A stretch of 64,000 nt of DNA, from positions 203-64,202 of the IMG/VR virus record IMGVR_UViG_2778261584_000002. The stretch is one strand, 5' to 3'. Both the position numbers and the translations under genes were made by a program. Shown in pieces: positions 48,204 to 57,313 of the stretch. The first letter of the stretch is position 1. The number at the start of each line of letters is the position of its first letter. The stretch comes from a virus. A model generated the notes under the pieces. It was given only the letters and a program-made list of their open reading frames with translations. It searched no databases and was not told the DNA's origin.

Positions 48204-48677
48204 ATGAATGGTTTTAAAAAAGCAAAAATCCTCAGTTACGATGCGCAAAACAGAACTGCAAAGATTCACATACCCGGTCTTACCGATGGAGCAAGTACGG
48301 GCTTAACAGCAACTTTTGCTTATCCTGTTGGAGATAGCGATAAAGATACTGAGCGCGAAATTTTAGAGGGAGAGGATGTCTATATCTTCTTTGAAAATAA
48401 TGAGCAATCGCGTCCTGTCATCGCATTCTATAGCAGTCATAGCAAAGGTGCGGTGGTCGATACACGCCGTATACGACAAGAGAATATCGAGCTTTTAGCA
48501 CGTAGCAAGGCAACGATTGAAGCGCCTTCTATTGAGTTAAAAGGTGAAACGAAGATTACTGGCAACGAGCAAGTCACTGGAAACGTCATCGTTGGTTCTG
48601 GTGCAACAGGCGTATTTTCAAATGTATTTGGGAAAACGCTAACCATAGCAGATGGCATTGTGATTCAAATTTCATAA
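48204..48677 (+). CDS. Baseplate spike (gpV/gp5 OB-fold)
   Basis: AKIHIPGLTDG, GEDVYIFFE...RPVI, beta-helix tail. Confidence 0.75.
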   Translation: MNGFKKAKILSYDAQNRTAKIHIPGLTDGASTGLTATFAYPVGDSDKDTEREILEGEDVYIFFENNEQSRPVIAFYSSHSKGAVVDTRRIRQENIELLARSKATIEAPSIELKGETKITGNEQVTGNVIVGSGATGVFSNVFGKTLTIADGIVIQIS

Positions 48678-48694
48678 AAATTTAAAGGTGATGT

Positions 48695-49108
48695 ATGAGT
48701 GAATTAAATGTTCAATATCTTCAATCATTAGAAGATCATATCAATGCTGTGCAGACTTGCGAAGATCTTCAAAAGGCGGTGGATACCGTGATGAATGCTT
48801 TAGGTGATCAATTGCAAGCCTTGACCGATGAATTAGAAATAGTTGGGGCGATTCAGGAATTATTAGAAATCCCGAACAATCTTGCAAAAGTTATTACGTG
48901 GATTCAAAAATATATTGAATTGGTTTTGTCACCAATGTACCAGCCATATTTAAAATGTGCAGCGCAAATCACTCAATTAATAGCTAAAATTCAGCAATTG
49001 CAAGCCACTATCATGAATAAAATGAATTCAATTACTAATTGTTCTGTGAATATTCCAGCAATTAATTTGCCTGAAATTATTCCCCCTGTAGTGCCGACCG
49101 TACCTTAA
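48695..49108 (+). CDS. Helical hypothetical protein
   Basis: AAGGTG RBS; amphipathic helices. Confidence 0.65.
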   Translation: MSELNVQYLQSLEDHINAVQTCEDLQKAVDTVMNALGDQLQALTDELEIVGAIQELLEIPNNLAKVITWIQKYIELVLSPMYQPYLKCAAQITQLIAKIQQLQATIMNKMNSITNCSVNIPAINLPEIIPPVVPTVP

Positions 49109-49117
49109 TTTTGTTAT

Positions 49118-49158
49118 TGGAACGACCAACCATTCAAGCCAATTAACTTAGCCAAAAT
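49118..49158 (+). promoter_or_regulatory. Late promoter motif 11
   Basis: TGGAAC-N29-CAAAAT; AGCCAAAATT/AATTTTGGCT hairpin. Confidence 0.78.
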
Positions 49159-49187
49159 TACGTTAATTCTTAAATTTTGGCTTAATT

Positions 49188-50732
49188 ATGGCTGCTTCAG
49201 ACATCCTTTCTTTGTTGTTGGGAACAAATGCGAATAGCATCCCTCAGCAAGTGGTTGATGCTAACCAAGAAGTCATGGCGCAAATGTATGATTCCGTTGC
49301 GCCTTTTTCGCTTGGGACACATACAACACAGGAAAACAAGAAAAGAACACGTAAAGAAATTCTGACCAAGTGGGAGCAAATGCTAAAGTTCGCTCCCGTA
49401 GCTGAGGGCATTGGTATTCATGTCATGGCTGCACTTGGAGGTGATACACATACGGGCCAACAAATCTTTATTACGCCAACAGAGCGATTGCGTGGCGAAT
49501 TAGGCAAAACTGAAAAAGCGCAATTAGAAAAACTACAAAAGCGTATAAAGCCTATAGAAACTGTCATAAATAAATACATCACGAAGCTATGTTCGGAAGG
49601 TATTTCCTTTGGTGATGCCTATGCCCGTGTGTACGGCAAAAAGGGAGTAGGTGTTACTGACTTACTTAGTAATGAATATACCTATGCACCGCAAATACAA
49701 GCATTTGAACAAGGCAGTAAGACAGTCGCTTACTTTGCTCTGAATCCAAAGAACTGGTCCAAAGTCATGACTAAGTTGAATCACACACAGATGGTTCGGA
49801 TGAAGTTGCCACGGATTCAAAATGTACCGCAATTTGATCCAGTAGAAGCTAGTTTAATTTCTCAGATGCTGGAAGGTGATAATCCAGAAGAATTGCCGAT
49901 CTTACCTGCACAAGTTGGGGGGTCTTTTCTCTATTCAATTGAGAAAACCTATGATGATGTCATCCTTGCATTAACAACGATGAACAGTCAGCAAGTTGCT
50001 GATGCAGTCAATCAAATGTTTTTGACGCTGAACATGGCTGGTATGCCTCCAGCACAACGTGATGCTTATATCCGTGGTCTTGAGGGAATGCTAAAAGATC
50101 ATGAGAAGTTCGTAAAAAATGCAATGGAAGGCGGTGAGGGCATATGGAATACCAAATATCACGTTTTACCGACATGGGATGAAAAGCAGATTCTTAATCC
50201 TGTGGGAGATATTAAAGGTCAACGTAATTCACCTGTAAATATCGAAACCTTTATGATCAATGTCCGTTTGCTTATGGGCGGTATTGGTCTCGATCCTTCA
50301 ATGGTGGGGTGGGCTGATATGCTTTCTGGTGGAATTGGAGATGGGGCAGCATTTCATACCTCAAGTCAAATTATGCGCCGTTCCATGTATATTCGCCAAT
50401 CGGTTGTGCAATTCGCCAATGATATTATGCATATCGATTGGGGTTATTGTTATAACGAGCAATTTGAAGCCGGTGAATTAGATTATCCGTGGCAAATTGA
50501 GTTTTCTAGCACCCAGTCAGCAGCTGTGACAGAAGAAAATACTAATAAACAAACGCAGATGAATACATCCTTGCTTAAAATTCAAGTCATTAACTCACTC
50601 AAAGAATCCGATTTAAGTGAGGAAACGATGCAATATATTTTAGAAAAAGATGCTGGTTTTAACTATGACGATTCATGTCGAATAGCAGCTGATATTGCGA
50701 AATCTCGTCTCAATGGACAGGGTGAACAATAA
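49188..50732 (+). CDS. Portal protein (P1 Prt-like)
   Basis: 514 aa; FGDAYARVY, G.SFLY, GLDPSMVGWAD.LSGG.GDG..F.TS. Confidence 0.8.
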   Translation: MAASDILSLLLGTNANSIPQQVVDANQEVMAQMYDSVAPFSLGTHTTQENKKRTRKEILTKWEQMLKFAPVAEGIGIHVMAALGGDTHTGQQIFITPTERLRGELGKTEKAQLEKLQKRIKPIETVINKYITKLCSEGISFGDAYARVYGKKGVGVTDLLSNEYTYAPQIQAFEQGSKTVAYFALNPKNWSKVMTKLNHTQMVRMKLPRIQNVPQFDPVEASLISQMLEGDNPEELPILPAQVGGSFLYSIEKTYDDVILALTTMNSQQVADAVNQMFLTLNMAGMPPAQRDAYIRGLEGMLKDHEKFVKNAMEGGEGIWNTKYHVLPTWDEKQILNPVGDIKGQRNSPVNIETFMINVRLLMGGIGLDPSMVGWADMLSGGIGDGAAFHTSSQIMRRSMYIRQSVVQFANDIMHIDWGYCYNEQFEAGELDYPWQIEFSSTQSAAVTEENTNKQTQMNTSLLKIQVINSLKESDLSEETMQYILEKDAGFNYDDSCRIAADIAKSRLNGQGEQ

Positions 50733-51445
50733 TGACTTTACACTTAAATATTTCTAAAGGTCGAAATACAAGTGGTGTATGGACTGGAATGCCAATCGAT
50801 GAGGCTTTAGGGCAATACCAGAAAATTTACAGTTGGGGGACGTTATCTTCATTACATTATGGTGTATGGCTTGAACCATTCGATGAGGACGGGAAAATAG
50901 CAAAAGAGTCAATTGAACTGATTGACTCATATGATTTAACGCATCAAGAGGCTGGAAATTTCAATGCATTTGAAAAAGGAGAAAAAGGATTTTTAGCTGG
51001 TACTAAAATCGAAAGTATTCCATTGATGGATAACACAAAATTGCCTTGGCTTTGTCAGAGTTTGGATTTATCCGTTTTAGATGCTCAAACAGATAGCGTA
51101 CAAATTGGTGCATTTCAACTCAATCACATCACTGGAAATAGTTCGGGTGAAATATCAATTCCCTTCATTGAAACACGTAATGCATCAATTCTGAATAGCG
51201 CTTTGGCAATAAAAGCGATCATGTTTCCTGATGGTGAGGATGGGGGGACGCAAGCTTTACCAAATGATTATTTGATGCGTATGACAATTTACATTTACGA
51301 TAAACATAGTATTTCTACACGAGTATTTGAGGTCCAGCATTTAGTCGCCTTACAAACAGGAAGTATTCCACTTGATGCCACGAATCGAAATGGAGTCGGT
51401 ATCGTCACGCTGAATTTTATAAAGATGTTCCCAATGTTGAAATGA
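50732..51445 (+). CDS. Tail-tube-like baseplate protein
   Basis: EISIPFIET, DGT..LP.DYL, VTLNF pattern. Confidence 0.45.
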   Translation: MTLHLNISKGRNTSGVWTGMPIDEALGQYQKIYSWGTLSSLHYGVWLEPFDEDGKIAKESIELIDSYDLTHQEAGNFNAFEKGEKGFLAGTKIESIPLMDNTKLPWLCQSLDLSVLDAQTDSVQIGAFQLNHITGNSSGEISIPFIETRNASILNSALAIKAIMFPDGEDGGTQALPNDYLMRMTIYIYDKHSISTRVFEVQHLVALQTGSIPLDATNRNGVGIVTLNFIKMFPMLK

Positions 51446-51446
51446 T

Positions 51447-51487
51447 TGGAACAGCTCAAGAAGAATCATTTATTTAAGTGCAAAAAT
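51447..51487 (+). promoter_or_regulatory. Late promoter motif 12
   Basis: TGGAAC-N29-AAAAAT; CCTCAAT/ATTGAGG hairpin over the RBS. Confidence 0.78.
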
Positions 51488-51522
51488 GGCCTCAATCAGA
51501 AAAATATTGAGGCATTTTTTCA

Positions 51523-53424
51523 ATGCGAAATATCGACATATTTACTTTATTACATGAACCACACACCAGCCGTTTAGTACAGGGTTTTGATTCTGTGAAT
51601 AGTGGTGCTTGTTCAATTGGAGTAGTCAAAGGGCAATGCCGTCAACTTAATGCGATTTTGACAGAATCGGCAACGGAAGAAGATCAGTGGCGTATTGTAA
51701 ATTTGAAGGGTTCAATCAATAGCATTGCAGCCTTTGATTCAGTTGCCGTTTTGGGTGCTGTTGATAATGATCATGCAAGTGCATTAGCACAAATGCAGTT
51801 TGGGCGTATGTTTGATGCCATTGAAGATGATGTAATTGAAACCAATACCAACGGTCTATTGCGACATTTAGCAACATCGCAATTTCATAAGCATAAGCAA
51901 CTTATTCATCGAGATCATTTAGTCGCATTGCAAGATATTCCATGTGCTGTATTACCAGGATGGGACGGTATTGAACTAACAACACATGAAGGAAAAACAG
52001 CAAATCTACTATTAGACATGCAACTTCATGATGACAATACCGAACTATTATCGAGTTTTGATGGTTTAGCCAATTTGCTTGAATCAATTGGAGCAGAACA
52101 CCCTGATTTTGATTCAATCATTGTTGAGTATCAATATCTCGATAAGTTAATGGATATGCTGCATACAGCTATGCAGACAGCGTCTAAAGGCGGTGTAAAG
52201 GTTCTGAATGTAGATCGTAGTGAAAAGCCATTTCGACACAAAAAAGTGCTAAATGTCGCCGTTTCATATGATTTCGAAGATGGTCAATCCATTACGATTC
52301 TATTCCATAATCCTGATCGTGATGCTAAGCGGATTTCGCCACAAGACACGTTATTGTCTTGGAAGATTCTTATGAATAAGCGTGATGTAACAGGCGTGAT
52401 TCAGCCCAACCAAGGTGAAGGTATTGCATTACCTGTACTTGCTGGGCGTGTTGTTAAATTGATTAATCAGAACAGTGCACGGTTTAAACGGACTCAAGCT
52501 AAGAAAGCTGAAAGTGCGCAAACTTTAGCTGATGCCGAACAACGTATTGCAGACAAGCAAAATCAAAAGACCGCTTTATCTTCAGAAATTCAGGGGCTAC
52601 TTGATCAAATTGATGGCTTAAATAAGCAAAATAATGGTCAAGCACCAAATGCTGATACTAGTGCAGTGGGAAATACTGAACAATCTGCAAATACAAAAGC
52701 TGTGACAAAAGCAGAAGCTCGTCAAATTTATGATGCTTTAGATATTCGTCATCGTTGGTTGACGGGTGGTACCACGGAAGAATTCTATAACCAGAATTAT
52801 CCAACTGGAATTGCTGAAGCTCTGACAGATGCAAAGAATCTATTAGAACGTCCGTTTGGAAAAGTTGCATTGGCAAATGGATTAAAAGATTCAATTGAAC
52901 GAATGATTGCAACTGTAGAAAAAACAATTGAACGCTGGAATAAAGGTTTAAGCGAGGATTCATCAAAAGCCAAAACCTATCCGCCTATTGAGAATTTAGG
53001 CAATGGTTATTACAGAGCGTTCAAAAACGATAAAAAGCTTGATGATTGGACAGCCCATATCAATACAAATGGTGAATGGGAAGTTTCAGCAAATAATGCT
53101 TCATCTCGTGCTTGGAGAAATGGCTATGGAGCACCACGATTCTTTAAAACAATTGAAGAAATGATTGCTAAATATCCAGCATTTGCTGCTTTACCTGCAA
53201 TGTTACCAACAGAGGATCATGCAAACGCTAATAACAATAATGATGATGCAGACTATCTGAATAAAGTCATTAAGGGTGAGGTTGATTTCTCAAAAGCCAG
53301 TGAAGTTGAAACACAACTTGAATCAATTGGCAGTCGCTTAACACCTGAAACAAATGATCTATTTGAACAGGCTGTTTCAGCTTATTCAATGTATCAAGTC
53401 AATCAAGCTGCTTCAGTCAATTAA
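51523..53424 (+). CDS. darA: Defence-against-restriction protein DarA-like
   Basis: F.DGQSITILFHNPD...MNKRDVT..I.P..G (DarA_N); YLNKVIKGEVD...LFEQAV.AY (DarA_C). Confidence 0.8.
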   Translation: MRNIDIFTLLHEPHTSRLVQGFDSVNSGACSIGVVKGQCRQLNAILTESATEEDQWRIVNLKGSINSIAAFDSVAVLGAVDNDHASALAQMQFGRMFDAIEDDVIETNTNGLLRHLATSQFHKHKQLIHRDHLVALQDIPCAVLPGWDGIELTTHEGKTANLLLDMQLHDDNTELLSSFDGLANLLESIGAEHPDFDSIIVEYQYLDKLMDMLHTAMQTASKGGVKVLNVDRSEKPFRHKKVLNVAVSYDFEDGQSITILFHNPDRDAKRISPQDTLLSWKILMNKRDVTGVIQPNQGEGIALPVLAGRVVKLINQNSARFKRTQAKKAESAQTLADAEQRIADKQNQKTALSSEIQGLLDQIDGLNKQNNGQAPNADTSAVGNTEQSANTKAVTKAEARQIYDALDIRHRWLTGGTTEEFYNQNYPTGIAEALTDAKNLLERPFGKVALANGLKDSIERMIATVEKTIERWNKGLSEDSSKAKTYPPIENLGNGYYRAFKNDKKLDDWTAHINTNGEWEVSANNASSRAWRNGYGAPRFFKTIEEMIAKYPAFAALPAMLPTEDHANANNNNDDADYLNKVIKGEVDFSKASEVETQLESIGSRLTPETNDLFEQAVSAYSMYQVNQAASVN

Positions 53425-53437
53425 GGAATAGCAATAC

Positions 53438-53746
53438 ATGAATGCCTTAGAAAAATTAAAGCTCACGAAAGAACTACGTGCTTTACTTGAACAGATCCCG
53501 AATCTTAAGGGGATGGAAAAACTTCAAAGTACAAAACGATTGCGAGAATTGATTGAGTTACTTGGCGGACAGGCGAATCAATCAGTCAATAAATTATTTC
53601 AGTCTATTATTGATGGTGACGTTAAAGTATCCATTGAACTACTTAAGCAAGTTCGTAGTGAAGCTGAAAAGAATTTGAATGATCCGTTATTGATTGAAGC
53701 CGTTAATGTCCTTATTACTCAAGTAAATGAGTTGGTTGGAACATAG
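53438..53746 (+). CDS. Small Dar-system accessory protein
   Basis: ALEKLKL..ELR repeat plus DarA_C-like helix. Confidence 0.6.
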   Translation: MNALEKLKLTKELRALLEQIPNLKGMEKLQSTKRLRELIELLGGQANQSVNKLFQSIIDGDVKVSIELLKQVRSEAEKNLNDPLLIEAVNVLITQVNELVGT

Positions 53747-53777
53747 CAAGCGAAACCCATTCTGAAGCTCTCAAAAT
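53737..53777 (+). promoter_or_regulatory. Late promoter motif 13
   Basis: TGGAAC-N29-CAAAAT; AAAATAGTCC/GGGCTATTTT hairpin. Confidence 0.78.
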
Positions 53778-53785
53778 AGTCCTAA

Positions 53786-56700
53786 ATGGGCTATTTTTTT
53801 GTGCGTGAAATGAGCAAAGTTAAAAATGTTACTAATGGATCAGAAGCGATAAATGCTATAGATATACTTGCTGATTCCCTACAAAAATACCGTCAAGATA
53901 ATTTCGACTTTCTATCTGGGGAACCAATAGCTGAGATTAAATCTGGGCTAATCCTGCCAGATGCAGAAGGCAAAATTATTAAAAATGCTATGCAGTGGTT
54001 AAGAGACTGGTTTGTTGAGAACAATCACGGGCAAGAATTTCTAAATGAGCAATTAGGAACTGTGATTATTGCACCCAGTGGCATTAAATCTGCAATGAGT
54101 CATAAGCCAAAGCAAATTGATATTCAAGGTTTACCTGCTTTACCCCTAATCATTGATAAGGCCAGAGTCTTAAGCCGATCTATGGATGATGATGGTAAGC
54201 CACTTGAAAATATTATCGTTGCAGCACCAATTAAAATTGATAATCAAAAGTGCTATATGGTCGTGCGTTTGAGAAGACACACTGAAGATAAAAATGATAA
54301 ACCAAGATTTTATACTCAGGCAATCATGATTACTGAAGACAAAAAAAAGGGGAACATCCCTTCAGACCAAGTGGCTGGGCAAAATAATTTGCTTACCCAA
54401 AATGGAGGACGCTCCCGTCTTATTAATGTATTGCAAGATGCGTTGCATGTCAATCCAGTTGTTGAGCCTATAAAAATAAAAGTTTATGGCTGGAAAGCTG
54501 TAGATATGGCTAAAAAATTGACCTACGAGCAATTAGAGATACTCACTCTGAAAACTCAAAAGGAACATTTAATTCCAGAAAATCAGAGGGTAGATATTAA
54601 TATTTACGATAAAAAAGGGCGTAAAAAATTAGATGTTTTAAGTTGGGCTGTACATTACAAACTAAAAGAGCCGAAGACTAGTCAGAGTGAAAGTGATAAA
54701 CCATTAGATCATGAAGACATATTGCGGATTAGAGAAAAATTTCAAAAAGATTATGAGCAAGGCGCATTTGATAACGTAGATGGATTTGATTCAATCGAAT
54801 TAGATAATCAGGACCTACTAGGTACAATAGACAAGTTGATCGATGCGGTTGAAAACTATCAATTAGAAAATTCAAAACTCTTAACTAATAAGCCTATCAG
54901 CTCAAATCCGTCTGAGCAAATTAAAAACAAAATGGCCACGACCCTTATGACCAGTCCGATCTTTGATAAATCAAAGGGTAGGATTGAAACTGGAGGTCGT
55001 GACCATCTATTAAATATACCTTATGATCCTTTGACTATCAATCATGCGTTCCGTGGTCGATCTAACAACGTCAAAACAGCCAAAGGAACCAAAGTATCAA
55101 CCGTATTTGCAGTGTTAGAAGCTGATCAAGTGATTGCTTCACATACGGCTACAGGCGCTGAAAACCCTAGTTATCCTCAAGAACTACAACCACGAGATCG
55201 TAGTCGTGATTCTTCACAAGCTTGGGTACAAAAAACATCAAATACGCTTGATCCCGAAAGTCTTGGCCGATCAGGTCGTGCAGATACTGGTGCGCCTATC
55301 ATTGGTGATGATCTGGTGGTTGAGTCTGGCAATGGCCGTACTATGGCAATCCAGCTTGCATATGAGCGAGGAAATGCTGATGAGTACAAAGAATGGTTGA
55401 TTGATGAAGCAGAATATTTTGGTTTTAGTGCGGATCAAATCAACCAATTTAAACAGCCTATCCTTGTGCGAATTCGTACCTCAGAAATTGATCGTGTTCA
55501 ATTTACAGTAGAAGCCAATCAAGATGATAAGTTGTCCTTTAGTGCGACTGAACGAGCAAAAACAGATGCAAAACGATTAGATGAGAACCTATTGTCATTG
55601 TTTACACCTGGTGAAGATGGCGACCTAATCACTGCAAGTAATCAGAAGTTTATCCAAGGATTTTTAAGATCTTTAGGTGAAACGGAAGCAGCTCAATATA
55701 TCGGGACAGATGGAAAGCCAACACAAGCATTAGTCACACGTATGAAAGCTGCAATATTCAGCAAAGCTTATAACGATGACCGACTTCTTGAAATGATGGC
55801 AGACCAAACGAAGCCAGATTTGCAAAATATGCTAAATGCATTAGGTGCAGCAGCTCCAAAATTTATTGAAGCGCAAGCCGTCAGCCGTGGTGACGTGCAG
55901 GATGTATCAAGTTCTATTGTTGATGGTATTGAGCAAGCACTTGATAAGCGAGTGACAAATGCAATTATTGATGCAGCGAATACGATCTTGGCAGCAAAGC
56001 AAAATGATCAAGATATTGTTGAATTTGTAAAACAACAGGGTTTATTTGGTGATCTAGGCGAAGGCGTGCCAGAGCTTGCAGTATTCTTATCTAAGAATAG
56101 TCGCAGTGCCAAAAAGATGAGTTTGCTATTCAAAGCAATGGCAGAGTTTGCAGAAAAAGAAGCGATTGATGGGCAAAACATGGGGCTTTTTGGTGAACCT
56201 GAACCTGTCAGCATCAAAGATGCAATTAATTACGCCGTGAAAGTGATTGAGGATAATTATGGTGATAATGCCAATCTGAGCATGTTTGATTCAATTTTCA
56301 CAGATAACAGTTGGTTTGATTATCTTTTTCAAAATAGTGGTTCAAAAGTTAAAACAAATTTCACGTCGTTAGATCAAAAAGCACATGCTGCAGCTACATC
56401 ACCACATAATGATTTAGACTTTCCAACAGCAGAACAAAAGCAATCTGGTGAATATCAAAAAGGGCATTTATCGATTGGTGATTTAAAAATTGCTATTGAG
56501 AATCCTGCAGGTTCAATCCGTTCAGGAACTGACCCTAACGGGAATGAATGGCAAATCACGATGAAGCATCACTATGGTTTTATTGAAAATACTACTGGTG
56601 CAGATGGTGATGAAATTGATGTTTTTGTGAAAAACCATTTGTTCGATGAACCTGAATGCGCCTATATCATCAAACAGGTAGATATTAACGGGCAGTTCGA

Positions 56701-57238
56701 TGAGCAAAAAGTCATTATTGGTGCTGAATCAGAAGAAGAAGCGAAGGAAATTTATCTATCAAATTATGAAAAAGGTTGGCAGGGCTTTGGAGGCATCAAG
56801 AAAATATCTATGGCTGATTTGTTGAAGAAGATTCAACATACTTGGTCAGAATTCGATTCGTGGGCTAGAGATGGAAGCTATGATCACATCCCTATAGAAC
56901 AAATAATCATTGAAAATGCACCTAAGATAATTGAAAGTAAAATTGACAAAGAGGACCCGATTGTAGTGCTTGAAACACAAGGGAAATATCATCTTGTCAT
57001 TGGTATAGATCGAATTATGTTGGCTAAGCAAAGACATGAAAGATTTATTCCAGCAATCATTTTTGATGGTAAGGATATATCTAAATCAATTATTCAAAAC
57101 GCTATTAAGCAAGCTGGTTCGAAAGTTGACCCTGTTGCCTTAGCTGCACTTATTTTAGATGAATTAGAGAAAAGCCTAGTCAATAGTTTTGATGGTATTT
57201 CTAATCTAGTTTTAGAAGTATTGTACCAAAATTTATAA
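53786..57238 (+). CDS. DdrB-like polyvalent protein: LPD3-like, ddrB-ParB, inorganic pyrophosphatase, ParB-like (start may be 53810)
   Basis: LQPRDRSR..GAPI..VESGNGRT (ddrB-ParB); IENPAGSIRSG..YG.I..T.GADGDEIDVF (InPase). Confidence 0.8.
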   Translation: MGYFFVREMSKVKNVTNGSEAINAIDILADSLQKYRQDNFDFLSGEPIAEIKSGLILPDAEGKIIKNAMQWLRDWFVENNHGQEFLNEQLGTVIIAPSGIKSAMSHKPKQIDIQGLPALPLIIDKARVLSRSMDDDGKPLENIIVAAPIKIDNQKCYMVVRLRRHTEDKNDKPRFYTQAIMITEDKKKGNIPSDQVAGQNNLLTQNGGRSRLINVLQDALHVNPVVEPIKIKVYGWKAVDMAKKLTYEQLEILTLKTQKEHLIPENQRVDINIYDKKGRKKLDVLSWAVHYKLKEPKTSQSESDKPLDHEDILRIREKFQKDYEQGAFDNVDGFDSIELDNQDLLGTIDKLIDAVENYQLENSKLLTNKPISSNPSEQIKNKMATTLMTSPIFDKSKGRIETGGRDHLLNIPYDPLTINHAFRGRSNNVKTAKGTKVSTVFAVLEADQVIASHTATGAENPSYPQELQPRDRSRDSSQAWVQKTSNTLDPESLGRSGRADTGAPIIGDDLVVESGNGRTMAIQLAYERGNADEYKEWLIDEAEYFGFSADQINQFKQPILVRIRTSEIDRVQFTVEANQDDKLSFSATERAKTDAKRLDENLLSLFTPGEDGDLITASNQKFIQGFLRSLGETEAAQYIGTDGKPTQALVTRMKAAIFSKAYNDDRLLEMMADQTKPDLQNMLNALGAAAPKFIEAQAVSRGDVQDVSSSIVDGIEQALDKRVTNAIIDAANTILAAKQNDQDIVEFVKQQGLFGDLGEGVPELAVFLSKNSRSAKKMSLLFKAMAEFAEKEAIDGQNMGLFGEPEPVSIKDAINYAVKVIEDNYGDNANLSMFDSIFTDNSWFDYLFQNSGSKVKTNFTSLDQKAHAAATSPHNDLDFPTAEQKQSGEYQKGHLSIGDLKIAIENPAGSIRSGTDPNGNEWQITMKHHYGFIENTTGADGDEIDVFVKNHLFDEPECAYIIKQVDINGQFDEQKVIIGAESEEEAKEIYLSNYEKGWQGFGGIKKISMADLLKKIQHTWSEFDSWARDGSYDHIPIEQIIIENAPKIIESKIDKEDPIVVLETQGKYHLVIGIDRIMLAKQRHERFIPAIIFDGKDISKSIIQNAIKQAGSKVDPVALAALILDELEKSLVNSFDGISNLVLEVLYQNL

Positions 57239-57239
57239 T

Positions 57240-57280
57240 TGGAACGTTATAAAAACCATACACTTCACAGCCTTTAACAT
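57240..57280 (+). promoter_or_regulatory. Late promoter motif 14
   Basis: TGGAAC-N29-TAACAT; CCTTTAACATG/CATGTTGAGGG hairpin over the RBS. Confidence 0.78.
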
Positions 57281-57313
57281 GAGGACGTTAAAAAATCCCA
57301 TGTTGAGGGTTGT

